A DNA stretch of 62,926 bases from an uncultured Victivallales bacterium (GCA_964433435.1 CAYSRM010000003.1:1-62926), one strand, 5' to 3'. Positions 8,011-16,761 are shown, numbered from the stretch's first letter. Notes: generated by a model from the sequence alone, not told the origin. A program made the numbers and translations.

Positions 8011-8816
8011 CCTGATCCCTCGAGTTGGTTAATGGCTTTTTTAATGCATTTCACGTTAATGTTGTGTGTGCGGTTGACGTATCCTGCCAGCAGCGCATTA
8101 TCACTTACTGCGTTGATCAGCCGGGGGCTGCCCTTTGAATACCTGTAAATCTCCCGGATGGCTCCGGGTTCAAAGGTAATGGTATTGCCTGAGCCTGCCA
8201 CCCACAGACGGTGTCGGATATACATTGCTGTGTCTTCCTGTGAGAGGGGCGAAATATGGTAACGGATAGTAATTCGCTGTCGAAGCTGGCGAAGATCCGG
8301 TCTTGCAAGCCTCTTTTTGAGTTCCGGCTGGCCGCACATCACAATCTGGATAAGCTTCTGTTGATCGGTTTCAAGATTGGAAAGCAGCCGAACTTGTTCC
8401 ATAACTTGCGGGCTGAGGTTCTGGGCTTCGTCTATGACTACTGCTACGTTTGTGCCGTCGTGGTTTTTCTGGAGAAGAAAATCGTTGAGCTTTTCTATGT
8501 AGGCCAGCCGGTCTTTTCCGCTGACTCCCAGTCCGAAATCGTTAAGCATTGCACGGAGAAGCTGTGTTTCGGTAAGAGACGGGTTGAGTATCAGCGCTGT
8601 TTCCACCTCGTTACCGAGGTTGGCCAGAACGGCCCTACAGAGTGTTGTTTTGCCGGAGCCGACCTCGCCGGTTAGTTCGATGAACCCTTTACGGCTTTTT
8701 ATGCCGTAAATCAGGTGGTCGTAAGCTTCTTTATGATGCCGTGCAAAATAGAGAAACCGCGGGTCGGGCGTAATATTAAAAGGGTATTCCTTGAGTTTAA
8801 AAAATTCCAGATACAT
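8007..8816 (-). CDS. ExeA/GspA-family AAA ATPase (ATPase domain only)
   Basis: MYLEFFKLKEYPFNITPDPRFLY, Walker A GEVGSGKT, Walker B VVIDEAQ, GQPEL and 'LRQRI', 'G.PRLIN'. Confidence 0.85.
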   Translation of the reverse strand: MYLEFFKLKEYPFNITPDPRFLYFARHHKEAYDHLIYGIKSRKGFIELTGEVGSGKTTLCRAVLANLGNEVETALILNPSLTETQLLRAMLNDFGLGVSGKDRLAYIEKLNDFLLQKNHDGTNVAVVIDEAQNLSPQVMEQVRLLSNLETDQQKLIQIVMCGQPELKKRLARPDLRQLRQRITIRYHISPLSQEDTAMYIRHRLWVAGSGNTITFEPGAIREIYRYSKGSPRLINAVSDNALLAGYVNRTHNINVKCIKKAINQLEGSG

Positions 8817-8966
8817 AATTCAAATCCGGTTTATCTCCAATACCTGCAATTGTAGCCTGGATTATCAATCTATTGCACGATTAATCCATTTTTGTCAGAG
8901 GCGAAAGTTGCCATGTGAGTCATATGCTGCGACCATCCGGTTGCACCTGGCCGGTCCATCCTGATT

Positions 8967-9854
8967 TCATTCTGACTTTTTCGGTTTTGTGTGCGTTTCG
9001 TCTGCATCGTGAAACATCATTTCGGGAGATGCATCTCTATCCGCTTCAGCCATGCGGTTGAGTAATTTGTATGCCCTGGTATGGGTATCCTTCCCGGAGT
9101 TCAGCGCTTCTATTCTGTTCCTGAGTTGTTCTCTTTCCGGGAACAGGGCGAGTACTTTTTCAAAGTCCCGGGCAGCCTGCCGGGTATTTCCGGCGATTTC
9201 GTTCAGGATCGCGCGGTAGGAATGAATTCGGGCCTTCAGGTACTTGTCCTGTGTACCTGATTTCATTTTTTTTGCTTTCATGAAGGCAATTGCCGCATTC
9301 AGTGTTGATCGCGCCCTGGAGAGCTCTTTCTGGGAGATGTAGATTCTGGCTTTTGCAAATTGGATCTCAGCATTCATCGGATTATTCCATTGTGCTTCTT
9401 TAAGAATCTTTAGCGCCAGGTCGGGACGGTTCACTCTGGTTCGCAACCAGAAGGCGGCAACAAGGTAAGCCTGGATATTGTGAGGATCGGCTGCGGTTGC
9501 AAGGCGCAGCCATGGCATAATCTCCTGAACATTTATGTCTTTGACATGCACATGCGAGCTGGGCGAAATTCTTTTTTCAAGTTTCCTGAAAAAGTGATCC
9601 CCAAGCGCTTTCTTTTTGATATGTTCTGCCCCTCGGTGGAAATAGGTATCGGCCATCGAGTAGAACTCCCCGGAGATGGCAAATCTCGCTTCGCTAAGAA
9701 GTGTTCCTATAAGGGAGCCTTCGGGCGAAACGGGTTGAGGGTTTTCTTCCAGGTGTGTTGCGTAAAGTTTGCATGAAAGTGCAAATGCGCAAATCCATAG
9801 AAAAAATGCCGCCATAACGGCGAAATGAGTGCTTTGAATAAAAGATTTTATCAT
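8967..9854 (-). CDS. Membrane-anchored TPR protein
   Basis: N-terminal hydrophobic helix, 'ADTYFHRG' and several TPR-like helices. It lies 10 bp downstream of the ABC permease. Confidence 0.65.
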   Translation of the reverse strand: MIKSFIQSTHFAVMAAFFLWICAFALSCKLYATHLEENPQPVSPEGSLIGTLLSEARFAISGEFYSMADTYFHRGAEHIKKKALGDHFFRKLEKRISPSSHVHVKDINVQEIMPWLRLATAADPHNIQAYLVAAFWLRTRVNRPDLALKILKEAQWNNPMNAEIQFAKARIYISQKELSRARSTLNAAIAFMKAKKMKSGTQDKYLKARIHSYRAILNEIAGNTRQAARDFEKVLALFPEREQLRNRIEALNSGKDTHTRAYKLLNRMAEADRDASPEMMFHDADETHTKPKKSE

Positions 9855-9864
9855 GTCTGGGGTC

Positions 9865-10650
9865 TCAATGAATATGGCTTCTGGAGAATTTTTTCGAACG
9901 GTAGCACAACCATGCTATAAGCAGAATTACCCCCGTCAGTGTAATTCCGTATAAAACAGATTGTATAAATATCTCCAGAGAAACCGGCCCGTAAGAATGT
10001 ACTATTCTTTTACGCATATCGAAGACTTCAAAATGCGGCAGGACGTTATAAAGGATGAACAGCAAGCTGCTGCGAAGTCCCTTTTCCTGTGCCACGAATT
10101 CGGGAATTCTGGGAACAATAATGAAGGAAGCAGCAGTAACTGCATATGTCAAAGTCGCTCCGGCGTCCTTGTTGAGACGGGTAGAGAAAAGCAAACCTAT
10201 GGAACAAATTATGCCCAGCGCAATACAGTGAAGAATGTAGCCCTGTGCCAGAGCCGGAACATCAAGATCAGCGCCCTTGAGCCTGACAAGAATCATGGAA
10301 AGGAGGTAGAACGAGAGGGTTGCCACCGAAACGACTGCCCATGAACCGGTCAGTTTGCCCAGCAGAAATTCGACCCGTTTGACCGGTTTGGAAAGAACCT
10401 GGAGGACTGTCTCTTTCTCTTCCTCATCGGGGATCTGGCGCGAAGTGATGTTGACGGCCAGTATCCATGAGAACACCCATGCAGCCAGCAGGGCCACGTC
10501 CTTGGTGTATCGTGCAACGCCGCCCAGGCCGAAGATATCCAGCGACACAACTGCCATCAGAATGCCTGCGAGGAGCATAAGAAGAACATAAACTTCTTTT
10601 CTGCGGATTACTTCAACGCAGATGACTGCTGCAATTGCCAGGATTTTCAT
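9865..10650 (-). CDS. ABC-2-type transporter permease
   Basis: About six TM segments and the 'LSKPVKRVEFLLGK' motif. It overlaps the ABC ATPase gene by 4 bp. Confidence 0.85.
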   Translation of the reverse strand: MKILAIAAVICVEVIRRKEVYVLLMLLAGILMAVVSLDIFGLGGVARYTKDVALLAAWVFSWILAVNITSRQIPDEEEKETVLQVLSKPVKRVEFLLGKLTGSWAVVSVATLSFYLLSMILVRLKGADLDVPALAQGYILHCIALGIICSIGLLFSTRLNKDAGATLTYAVTAASFIIVPRIPEFVAQEKGLRSSLLFILYNVLPHFEVFDMRKRIVHSYGPVSLEIFIQSVLYGITLTGVILLIAWLCYRSKKFSRSHIH

Positions 10651-11414
10651 GTCTGTTCACCTTTGACGTTTTCGTGGAGGGCGCCTATGGTCTTCAGGAA
10701 GTGTTTTTCCAGACTTTCGCCTTTCGCGACTATCTCGCCAATTTCGCCCTGTGCGATTATTTTTCCTTTTACAAGGATTGCTACGCGGTCGCAGACTGTT
10801 TCCACTTCAGACAGCTCGTGGGAAGAGAAAAACACTGTTTTCCCCCTGTCTCGCAAATCTTCCACGATGGCTCGGATCTTTGTTCTGCCTACGGGGTCCA
10901 TTCCGCTGGTCGGCTCGTCCAGTATCACCAGATCGGGGTTGTTGATAAGGCTTTGAGCGAGGCATATTCTCTGCAGCATGCCTCTTGAGTATGATGCGAT
11001 TCTTCTCGATGCATCCTGTTCGAGGTCCACCTGTTTGAGAACTTCTTTAATCCGCTTTTCGAGCTCGCCGCTTCTGATTCCAAACAGGCGGCCGGAGAAA
11101 ACGAGCAGTTCGCGGCCGGAAAGGAACCGGTAAGCTGCGGGGCGCTCGGGAAGATATCCTATTTTTTCACGGGCTATAGTTTTGCGCACATCCTTGCCAA
11201 GAACATACGCCTGGCCTGAGGTGGCTTTGAGGAATCCGAGCAGCACATGCATGGCGGTTGTTTTGCCGGCGCCGTTCGGTCCGATAAAGCCGAATATTTT
11301 TCCTTCAGGCACAGCAAGGCTGACGGATTGCAACGCTGGTACAACCACTCCCTTTTTGCCAAAGGATACCGTCAGGTTTCGTATTTCTAACGCGTTAGCC
11401 GAAAATTCATTCAT
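10647..11414 (-). CDS. ABC transporter ATP-binding protein
   Basis: GPNGAGKTT, signature variant YSRGM, Walker B ILDEPTSGMDP and H-loop SSH. Start set at ATG 11414; the ORF track uses an upstream alternative start at 11450. Confidence 0.92.
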   Translation of the reverse strand: MNEFSANALEIRNLTVSFGKKGVVVPALQSVSLAVPEGKIFGFIGPNGAGKTTAMHVLLGFLKATSGQAYVLGKDVRKTIAREKIGYLPERPAAYRFLSGRELLVFSGRLFGIRSGELEKRIKEVLKQVDLEQDASRRIASYSRGMLQRICLAQSLINNPDLVILDEPTSGMDPVGRTKIRAIVEDLRDRGKTVFFSSHELSEVETVCDRVAILVKGKIIAQGEIGEIVAKGESLEKHFLKTIGALHENVKGEQT

Positions 11415-11459
11415 CGTTGGAATATTACTGTTGTCTTGGAATTGATGCAAGACGGTTGT

Positions 11460-11489
11460 TAGCCTGATCTATTCATGAAAAAACCGAGC
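11460..11489 (+). repeat. MITE family 2 terminal module (solo end)
   Basis: TA+GCCTGATCTATTCATGAAAAAACCGAGC matches the ends at 41919 and 56689. Confidence 0.75.
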
Positions 11490-11551
11490 CCTTGAATTCT
11501 TTTATATCACACTGTTGTGGATTTTTATGATCACAGGAATCGAGACGCTTA

Positions 11552-11750
11552 ATCCGCATATCTCACAAAATTTCTGCTGCGAGCACGGATAGCACTATTG
11601 CGACGGCACGAATTGGCAAAACGTCAGATTGGAGTATGTCTATACGGCTGCTCCGGCGTTTCACCGATTTACACCCCCGCAGCAACACGCTGCACGCTCT
11701 TCCGCCGGATGGCGGACAGGCAGCTACGAAATTCTGTGAGATATGCGGGT
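11552..11750. mobile_element. MITE family 1, full 199-bp copy flanked by TA
   Basis: TIRs ATCCGCATATCTCACAAAATTT...AAATTCTGTGAGATATGCGGGT with TA on both sides. It is a reverse-complement homolog of 59113-59311 and has the same length. It has no coding capacity. Confidence 0.85.
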
Positions 11751-11773
11751 TAATAACAGAGGCGCGCCCGTCA

Positions 11774-11949
11774 GCCTGACTTATTTATGAACCTTCGTTA
11801 GGAGAGTGCACAGGTTGCGGCAGATCAAGGGATTGTCGCAGGAAGCCGTGCGAATGCGTGTTAGAACACTCCGAGGTCGGCTTGCAAGACAAGTCATTGA
11901 GATGTGGTGACATGTGTGCTCACAGTAGATTATCATGAACAAGTCAGGT
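11774..11949. mobile_element. MITE-like element related to family 2
   Basis: Ends GCCTGACTTATTTATGA ... TCATGAACAAGTCAGGT form a 14/17 inverted match and resemble the family 2 TIR RCCTGATCTATTCATGA. The right flank is TA and the left flank is CA. Confidence 0.55.
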
Positions 11950-12012
11950 TAAAGACCCCTTGTCTGGCGAAAAGACTTGAGGACAGTGCAAGCCCTGTGT
12001 AAGCTTCCGGGC

Positions 12013-12708
12013 ATGAAGTTATCCGTGGTAATGCCGGTATATAACGAAAAAGAAACCATTCGCAAGGCGGTATCAACGGTGTTGGGCTGTGGCGTCCCGG
12101 AGTTTTATCAACTTGTTATTGTTGACGACTTTTCAACCGATGGTACCAGGGATATTCTTTCCGAAATTGCGGGCGAGAACCCGGATCTGCATGTTATCTA
12201 CCAGGATCGTAATCGGGGAAAAGGCGCGGCCCTGAGGGAAGGGTTCAAGGCAGCCGATGGAGATGTTGTAGTGATACAGGATGCCGACCTGGAGTACGAC
12301 CCGAAAGATTTTGATTTGCTTTTGGATCCAATAAGGGGCAATCAGGCAGACGTTGTGTATGGTTCGCGGTTTCTCGGCGGCGGACCTCACAGGGTTCTTT
12401 TCTACTGGCATTATCTTGGCAACAGGTTTCTAACCAATCTGTCAAACATGATGACCAACCTGAACCTTACGGACATGGAGGTGTGCCACAAGATGTTTCG
12501 GTCAGAGGTTCTGCGCGAACTCGACCTGAAGGAAGACCGGTTCGGTTTTGAGGCCGAGATTACTGCCAGGATTGCCCGGCGAAAGTGGCGGATCTACGAA
12601 GTTCCTGTTTCCTATTACGGCAGAGGCTATGAAGAGGGGAAGAAAATTACCTGGAAGGACGGGGTCAGGACTTTGTGGTGCATATTCAAGTACAGGATAG
12701 TCAACTGA
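12013..12708 (+). CDS. GT2 glycosyltransferase, polyprenyl-phosphate (DPM1/ArnC-like) type
   Basis: MKLSVVMPVYNE, VDDFSTDGT, NRGKGAALR, QDADLEYDP, GSRF and RFGFE. Start set at ATG 12013. Confidence 0.9.
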   Translation: MKLSVVMPVYNEKETIRKAVSTVLGCGVPEFYQLVIVDDFSTDGTRDILSEIAGENPDLHVIYQDRNRGKGAALREGFKAADGDVVVIQDADLEYDPKDFDLLLDPIRGNQADVVYGSRFLGGGPHRVLFYWHYLGNRFLTNLSNMMTNLNLTDMEVCHKMFRSEVLRELDLKEDRFGFEAEITARIARRKWRIYEVPVSYYGRGYEEGKKITWKDGVRTLWCIFKYRIVN

Positions 12709-12748
12709 ACCAGTGACTACATCCGGTGTTTTTTAAGGAGATTGCTTC

Positions 12749-12960
12749 ACCGTAGAGAACGCAAAGAGGGCGCGGGGGAAGAAGGAGGGTGGAACTGATT
12801 GGTCATTTTCGCCCTTCGGGCGGGTCATTTACCCCGAGGCGCTGGCGCGCTCGGAGTGTCATTGGTCATTGGAAGAGTGAAGAGGATGTGGGGTGAAGAG
12901 CCGAAAGAGCAGCAGGTTGGAGAACAACCTGCTGTACTGGGAGAGAGAAGAAGAGAATTG
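12749..12960 (+). repeat. Purine-rich intergenic repeat block (family 3)
   Basis: Contains the hairpin CAGCAGGTTG-N5-CAACCTGCTG (12910-12934), also found at 58835-58859 with similar flanks. It also has TTGGTCA heptamers and a CGCCC-TTC-GGGCG hairpin. Confidence 0.6.
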
Positions 12961-12988
12961 TAACCACAAAGAGGGCGGGGATGAGGCG

Positions 12989-13474
12989 ATGGTGAAAAAA
13001 TCATTTTCCGATAAGATCGCATTGATGATTGCTACCGGTTTCGGGCTGGGTTATTCCCCAATCGCCTCCGGGACAGTGGGAACTCTGCCGGGTGTCCTTA
13101 TTGCCGTGTTAATAAACCCGCTGCATTGGGGCTGGCAGGTTGGCATTTGTGTTGCGTTGACACTTGTTGCCGTGCCGTTTTGCGACAAGGCGGAGAAACT
13201 TCTTGGCAGGAAAGACGACGGGCGGATCGTAGCCGACGAGTATCTGACGTTTCCAATATGCGTTATAGCTTTGCCTTTAACAGAATACCCCTGGTTGATC
13301 CCGGCCGCTTTCCTGGTTGCCCGCTTCACGGATATTGTGAAATTTCCTCCTGCCGCGCAGTCGCAGAGTATCAAGGGCGGAGTCGGAATTGTTCTTGATG
13401 ATGCAATTGCCAATGTCTATGCCCTTATGCTGCTACATCTGGGCTTTCAGTTGTTTGACGGGTTCATGGGCTAA
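12989..13474 (+). CDS. pgpA: Phosphatidylglycerophosphatase A family
   Basis: ATGFGLGYSPIASGTVGT, KDDGRIVADE, RFTDIVK and GVGIVLDD. The true start is probably ATG 12989, because the longer ORF runs through the repeat. Confidence 0.88.
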   Translation: MVKKSFSDKIALMIATGFGLGYSPIASGTVGTLPGVLIAVLINPLHWGWQVGICVALTLVAVPFCDKAEKLLGRKDDGRIVADEYLTFPICVIALPLTEYPWLIPAAFLVARFTDIVKFPPAAQSQSIKGGVGIVLDDAIANVYALMLLHLGFQLFDGFMG

Positions 13475-13529
13475 CCCGCATATCTCACAAAATTCCTGCT
13501 GCTAGCGCGGATAGCGCCACTGCGGGGGT
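13474..13529. mobile_element. Internally deleted mini-copy of MITE family 1
   Basis: TA+ACCCGCATATCTCACAAAATTCCTGCTGCTAGCGCGGATAGCGCCACTGCG matches one end of family 1. It finishes with GGGGT+TA. Confidence 0.7.
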
Positions 13530-15685
13530 TATTTGTTGTTGCCGAAAGTGAAGAGTCGGAACTTCATTTTTTTCTTGTTCTGTTTATAGTCGTATGCGCG
13601 GCTGCTGTGTTTGATTTCGTCCAGCGACAACTGTTCCGATTCCCACTCGAGAGTTGCAGGCGAAACTTTGATGGGATATATGTCAAGGGCCGCGGTTCTG
13701 GTAGATGTCAAAAACTTAACGGTATAGCCTTGTTCGCGGAATCTTCTCAAAGCATTGAGAGCCGTGCTCATTGTCTCTTTCCCTTCGGATTTTCTTCTTT
13801 CAAAGAAATACTGGCCGTTAAGCACCTGTTTGCCATAGATGAATGTTAGCGGCGTTCCCCACCAGGAGTGGTCCACGACAATTATCTCATCGTCAGAGAT
13901 TTGGGCGGCGACCATTTGCAGTATTTCTGAAGCGTCCTCGTACTGGGTGGAAGAGGCGGCATTTTTAATTCGGGCTCCGTTAATGTAAACGAGTGCGATA
14001 AGGAGGACTACTGAAATGATCCTGAACAGCAGCCGGGGCTTTCTGTGGATCGACCATAATTTTGAGAGCAAGTATCCGGCAGTGATAGTTACAAGTGGAA
14101 CCGCGGACGGCAGGTATCGTCTTGTTGCCCAGGGAAAGATCCGGACAATATAGCCTTTGACGGCGACCACGGCAAAAAGGCTGCAGAAGAAAAGGATAGC
14201 GGGCTTCAAGTTCCCTGTGGAGCTTTTCTTTCCGGCAAACAGAAGCAGCAGTCCTCCTGCTGCAACGCAGACAGTTGCTTTCCCCATGTACGCAAACACA
14301 TGTTGCAACAATTCGGAGGATTTGCCGATAAGTTTGTCAAGGTTCGGCGCCATGCCGCTGCCCGCCTGCCAGAGGCGGGATATGGGTTCGAATTGTTGTG
14401 AAAAGTAAATGAGCCCCATTGCAGTTATTGCGGTCAGAATCATTCCCAGCAGGATTGGATACGAAATCTTTTGCAGAAAGCGCTGGAAGCTTTTTTTTCC
14501 ACCTGCCAGGTCGAAAGCGATTGCAATGCCTGCTGAAACTGTTGCCACGAGTATGAGCTTGGGGAATATTTCCCTGAAGCGTACGAGGGGCACCGAACAG
14601 AATGTCCAGTTCCAGAGTGTGGCTCCGGCTATTGCCGCTATTTGCAGTACTCGTTCTATCAGGACCATTTTTCTGTTGGAACGGGTTGTGTCAAGGATTG
14701 CGAGTATCAGCACATATACGCCTGCAAATGGTATAAAACTCAACCGATTGACTATGCCCGCGAACAGGATGACTGCCGCCGCCGTTCGGGGCGCTGTTTT
14801 ACAGTATGTCGGCGATAGAAGAAAGCCAAGCCCGCAGAAGAGAGACAACTGAAGCATTTCGGAAACTGGCACATGAATATGATACAACCAGAGAGGCTGT
14901 GTTATGAGCAGGCCGAGAGCGAACAGTACATGGGCAGAATTCTTTGTGTTTTCCCATAACATGCCGGTAAAAAGGAAAAGGACCATAATAGCCGCGAAAT
15001 AATTAAGCCGGACCGCGGCCCTGAGCCCGCCTGCTCTTGCCGCTATTGCTGTTAGAGATGGGGTCAGGCGGAAAAAATCGTTCTGGAACTGTCTTGTTTC
15101 CGGATCAATTGGAATTCCTGTGAAACATTCCCTGTAATCCTGGTTGCCTCTGGTAAAGCTCTGGAAAGCTTCATCGCTCAATTCTCTGTAACAGGCAACG
15201 GGTTCGGGATGGAATGTTCCTGTTCTGGCGATGTGTATTCCCTGGTTTTGATAGACGCCGGGATCCCAGCCGCCAAGAATCCATTCGCCGCTTTCGGGGA
15301 TGTTCATGGCTGTTGCCGAAAGCAGAAAGAAGACGCAGATACCCGGCAGCGTTGTTTTTGTTTGTCGGAGATTGAAAGAGGGCCGGAAAAAACGGGCAAG
15401 CCCGAGTCCGCAGGCGATAAAGAACACGAGCGCCAGCCATTCTGCAAACGGTGTGTAAAGACCGAATTCCGCCAGAAACATTACAGACAGGATTGAGAAG
15501 ACTGACCCTGGAATAAGGCTTTTTGCCGCCGCTGTGAGGTATGGTCCATACGCGCTGGTTTCATTTTTGTTGTCTGTCGGGAAGAGCCATATCCATGCCG
15601 CGCCTGCAGCCATGAACCGGAAAGTGAGGATAAGCGAGGCCAGAAACCAATGGTTGACGGACACTGTATGCAATGCCTGGTTCAT
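13529..15685 (-). CDS. Integral membrane protein, putative GT-C-fold glycosyltransferase
   Basis: 718 aa with more than 10 TM segments, an acidic first loop (GGWDPGVY), 'WATRRYLP' and a soluble C-terminal domain. Confidence 0.65.
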   Translation of the reverse strand: MNQALHTVSVNHWFLASLILTFRFMAAGAAWIWLFPTDNKNETSAYGPYLTAAAKSLIPGSVFSILSVMFLAEFGLYTPFAEWLALVFFIACGLGLARFFRPSFNLRQTKTTLPGICVFFLLSATAMNIPESGEWILGGWDPGVYQNQGIHIARTGTFHPEPVACYRELSDEAFQSFTRGNQDYRECFTGIPIDPETRQFQNDFFRLTPSLTAIAARAGGLRAAVRLNYFAAIMVLFLFTGMLWENTKNSAHVLFALGLLITQPLWLYHIHVPVSEMLQLSLFCGLGFLLSPTYCKTAPRTAAAVILFAGIVNRLSFIPFAGVYVLILAILDTTRSNRKMVLIERVLQIAAIAGATLWNWTFCSVPLVRFREIFPKLILVATVSAGIAIAFDLAGGKKSFQRFLQKISYPILLGMILTAITAMGLIYFSQQFEPISRLWQAGSGMAPNLDKLIGKSSELLQHVFAYMGKATVCVAAGGLLLLFAGKKSSTGNLKPAILFFCSLFAVVAVKGYIVRIFPWATRRYLPSAVPLVTITAGYLLSKLWSIHRKPRLLFRIISVVLLIALVYINGARIKNAASSTQYEDASEILQMVAAQISDDEIIVVDHSWWGTPLTFIYGKQVLNGQYFFERRKSEGKETMSTALNALRRFREQGYTVKFLTSTRTAALDIYPIKVSPATLEWESEQLSLDEIKHSSRAYDYKQNKKKMKFRLFTFGNNK

Positions 15686-16752
15686 GGCGACGCCTTGAAT
15701 TGTTTACTATGCTGTGCTGGTTTGCCGGCAACCTTGTCAATATGCTGAATAATCCAGTTTGTTGTGTCGATTCGCGAAGACAGGAGTTTGTCCTTTTTTG
15801 TGTCGAACTCCTCCTTCAGGTTTTCCTTATGCAGCAATTGGTCGAGGCAGGATAAAATCTCCTGTTTGTGAGAAGTCGTAAAATTGAATACCAGCCCGTA
15901 CTTTTCCTGTTGTTCGTCGGTGTATCCTCTGCCTGTATTGCTTATAAACAGGGCAGGCACGCCAAGAACGGCTGATTCGCTTGCCATGGTTGCGCTTTCT
16001 CCGACAAGGAGATGGGCAAAAGCCATAATGTGGTGAATATCTTCCGGAGGGAACTGGCAGCGGTACGGCTCAAGGTGTTCCGGAAGCCTGCTTTCGCTGG
16101 TAACAAGAACCTGTCCGTGAGGGGCAAGTTTTTCCACAATCAGGGTTCCGAATTCGGGTCCCAGGCCTTTTTCCCCGATATCATGCGAAGCCTGCCACGA
16201 GACGAAGCGAACGATAAAATACTTGCCGCCGGGATCTATTCCGTGGCGCCGGACTATATCCGGGTCAGGCTTGAATCTTTCTGGATGCAGGTAGGCAAGT
16301 TCGTGGTAACCGGGATATGTGATGTGATTCCCCTTCACCTGTCCCTTGTAGCACTCGGGCGTGCATACGGAATGTGCCAACGGGTAAACGAAGCGATTGG
16401 TCAATGTTGCGTTTTCGGTATCGTAGAAGACAACGGCAGGACGTCTTACAAGTCTGGATACCGGCGCAATTGTAACTCCCATTATGCCTGTAAGCACGTC
16501 GGGTTTGAATGAGCGGCAGTATTTCCACATGCGCCATATTCGGCGGAGCATTTCGGGGTAGAGGCTGAATTTCTGTTTTCCCAGCCTGCTGATTGCCTTA
16601 TAGGGAATCTCGTATGCATCAAGGAGGTCGGAAGCGCATTCTTTCTCGCGGCTAAGGACCAGCACTTCGTCGCCACGCCGCCTCCATTCAGCGATAGGGT
16701 TCTTGAAAAAGTGGACGTGAGCAGGATGCAATATTTCGACCAGAATTCGCAT
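15682..16752 (-). CDS. DUF354-family protein (predicted GT-B glycosyltransferase)
   Basis: MRILVEILHPAHVHFFKN, VFYDTENA, YPGYHELAYLHP, FVSWQASHD and GESATMASESAVLGVPA. Confidence 0.85.
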   Translation of the reverse strand: MRILVEILHPAHVHFFKNPIAEWRRRGDEVLVLSREKECASDLLDAYEIPYKAISRLGKQKFSLYPEMLRRIWRMWKYCRSFKPDVLTGIMGVTIAPVSRLVRRPAVVFYDTENATLTNRFVYPLAHSVCTPECYKGQVKGNHITYPGYHELAYLHPERFKPDPDIVRRHGIDPGGKYFIVRFVSWQASHDIGEKGLGPEFGTLIVEKLAPHGQVLVTSESRLPEHLEPYRCQFPPEDIHHIMAFAHLLVGESATMASESAVLGVPALFISNTGRGYTDEQQEKYGLVFNFTTSHKQEILSCLDQLLHKENLKEEFDTKKDKLLSSRIDTTNWIIQHIDKVAGKPAQHSKQFKASP

Positions 16753-16761
16753 GGGGAGAGG

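Noticed and set aside
11552-11750. Structured 199-bp element as a tRNA, riboswitch or other ncRNA
   Set aside because: No cloverleaf or known aptamer motif. It occurs in both orientations with TIRs and TA flanks, which fits a MITE better.
12893-12988. N-terminal extension of pgpA in the ORF track
   Set aside because: It runs through repeat family 3, and PgpA similarity begins at ATG 12989.
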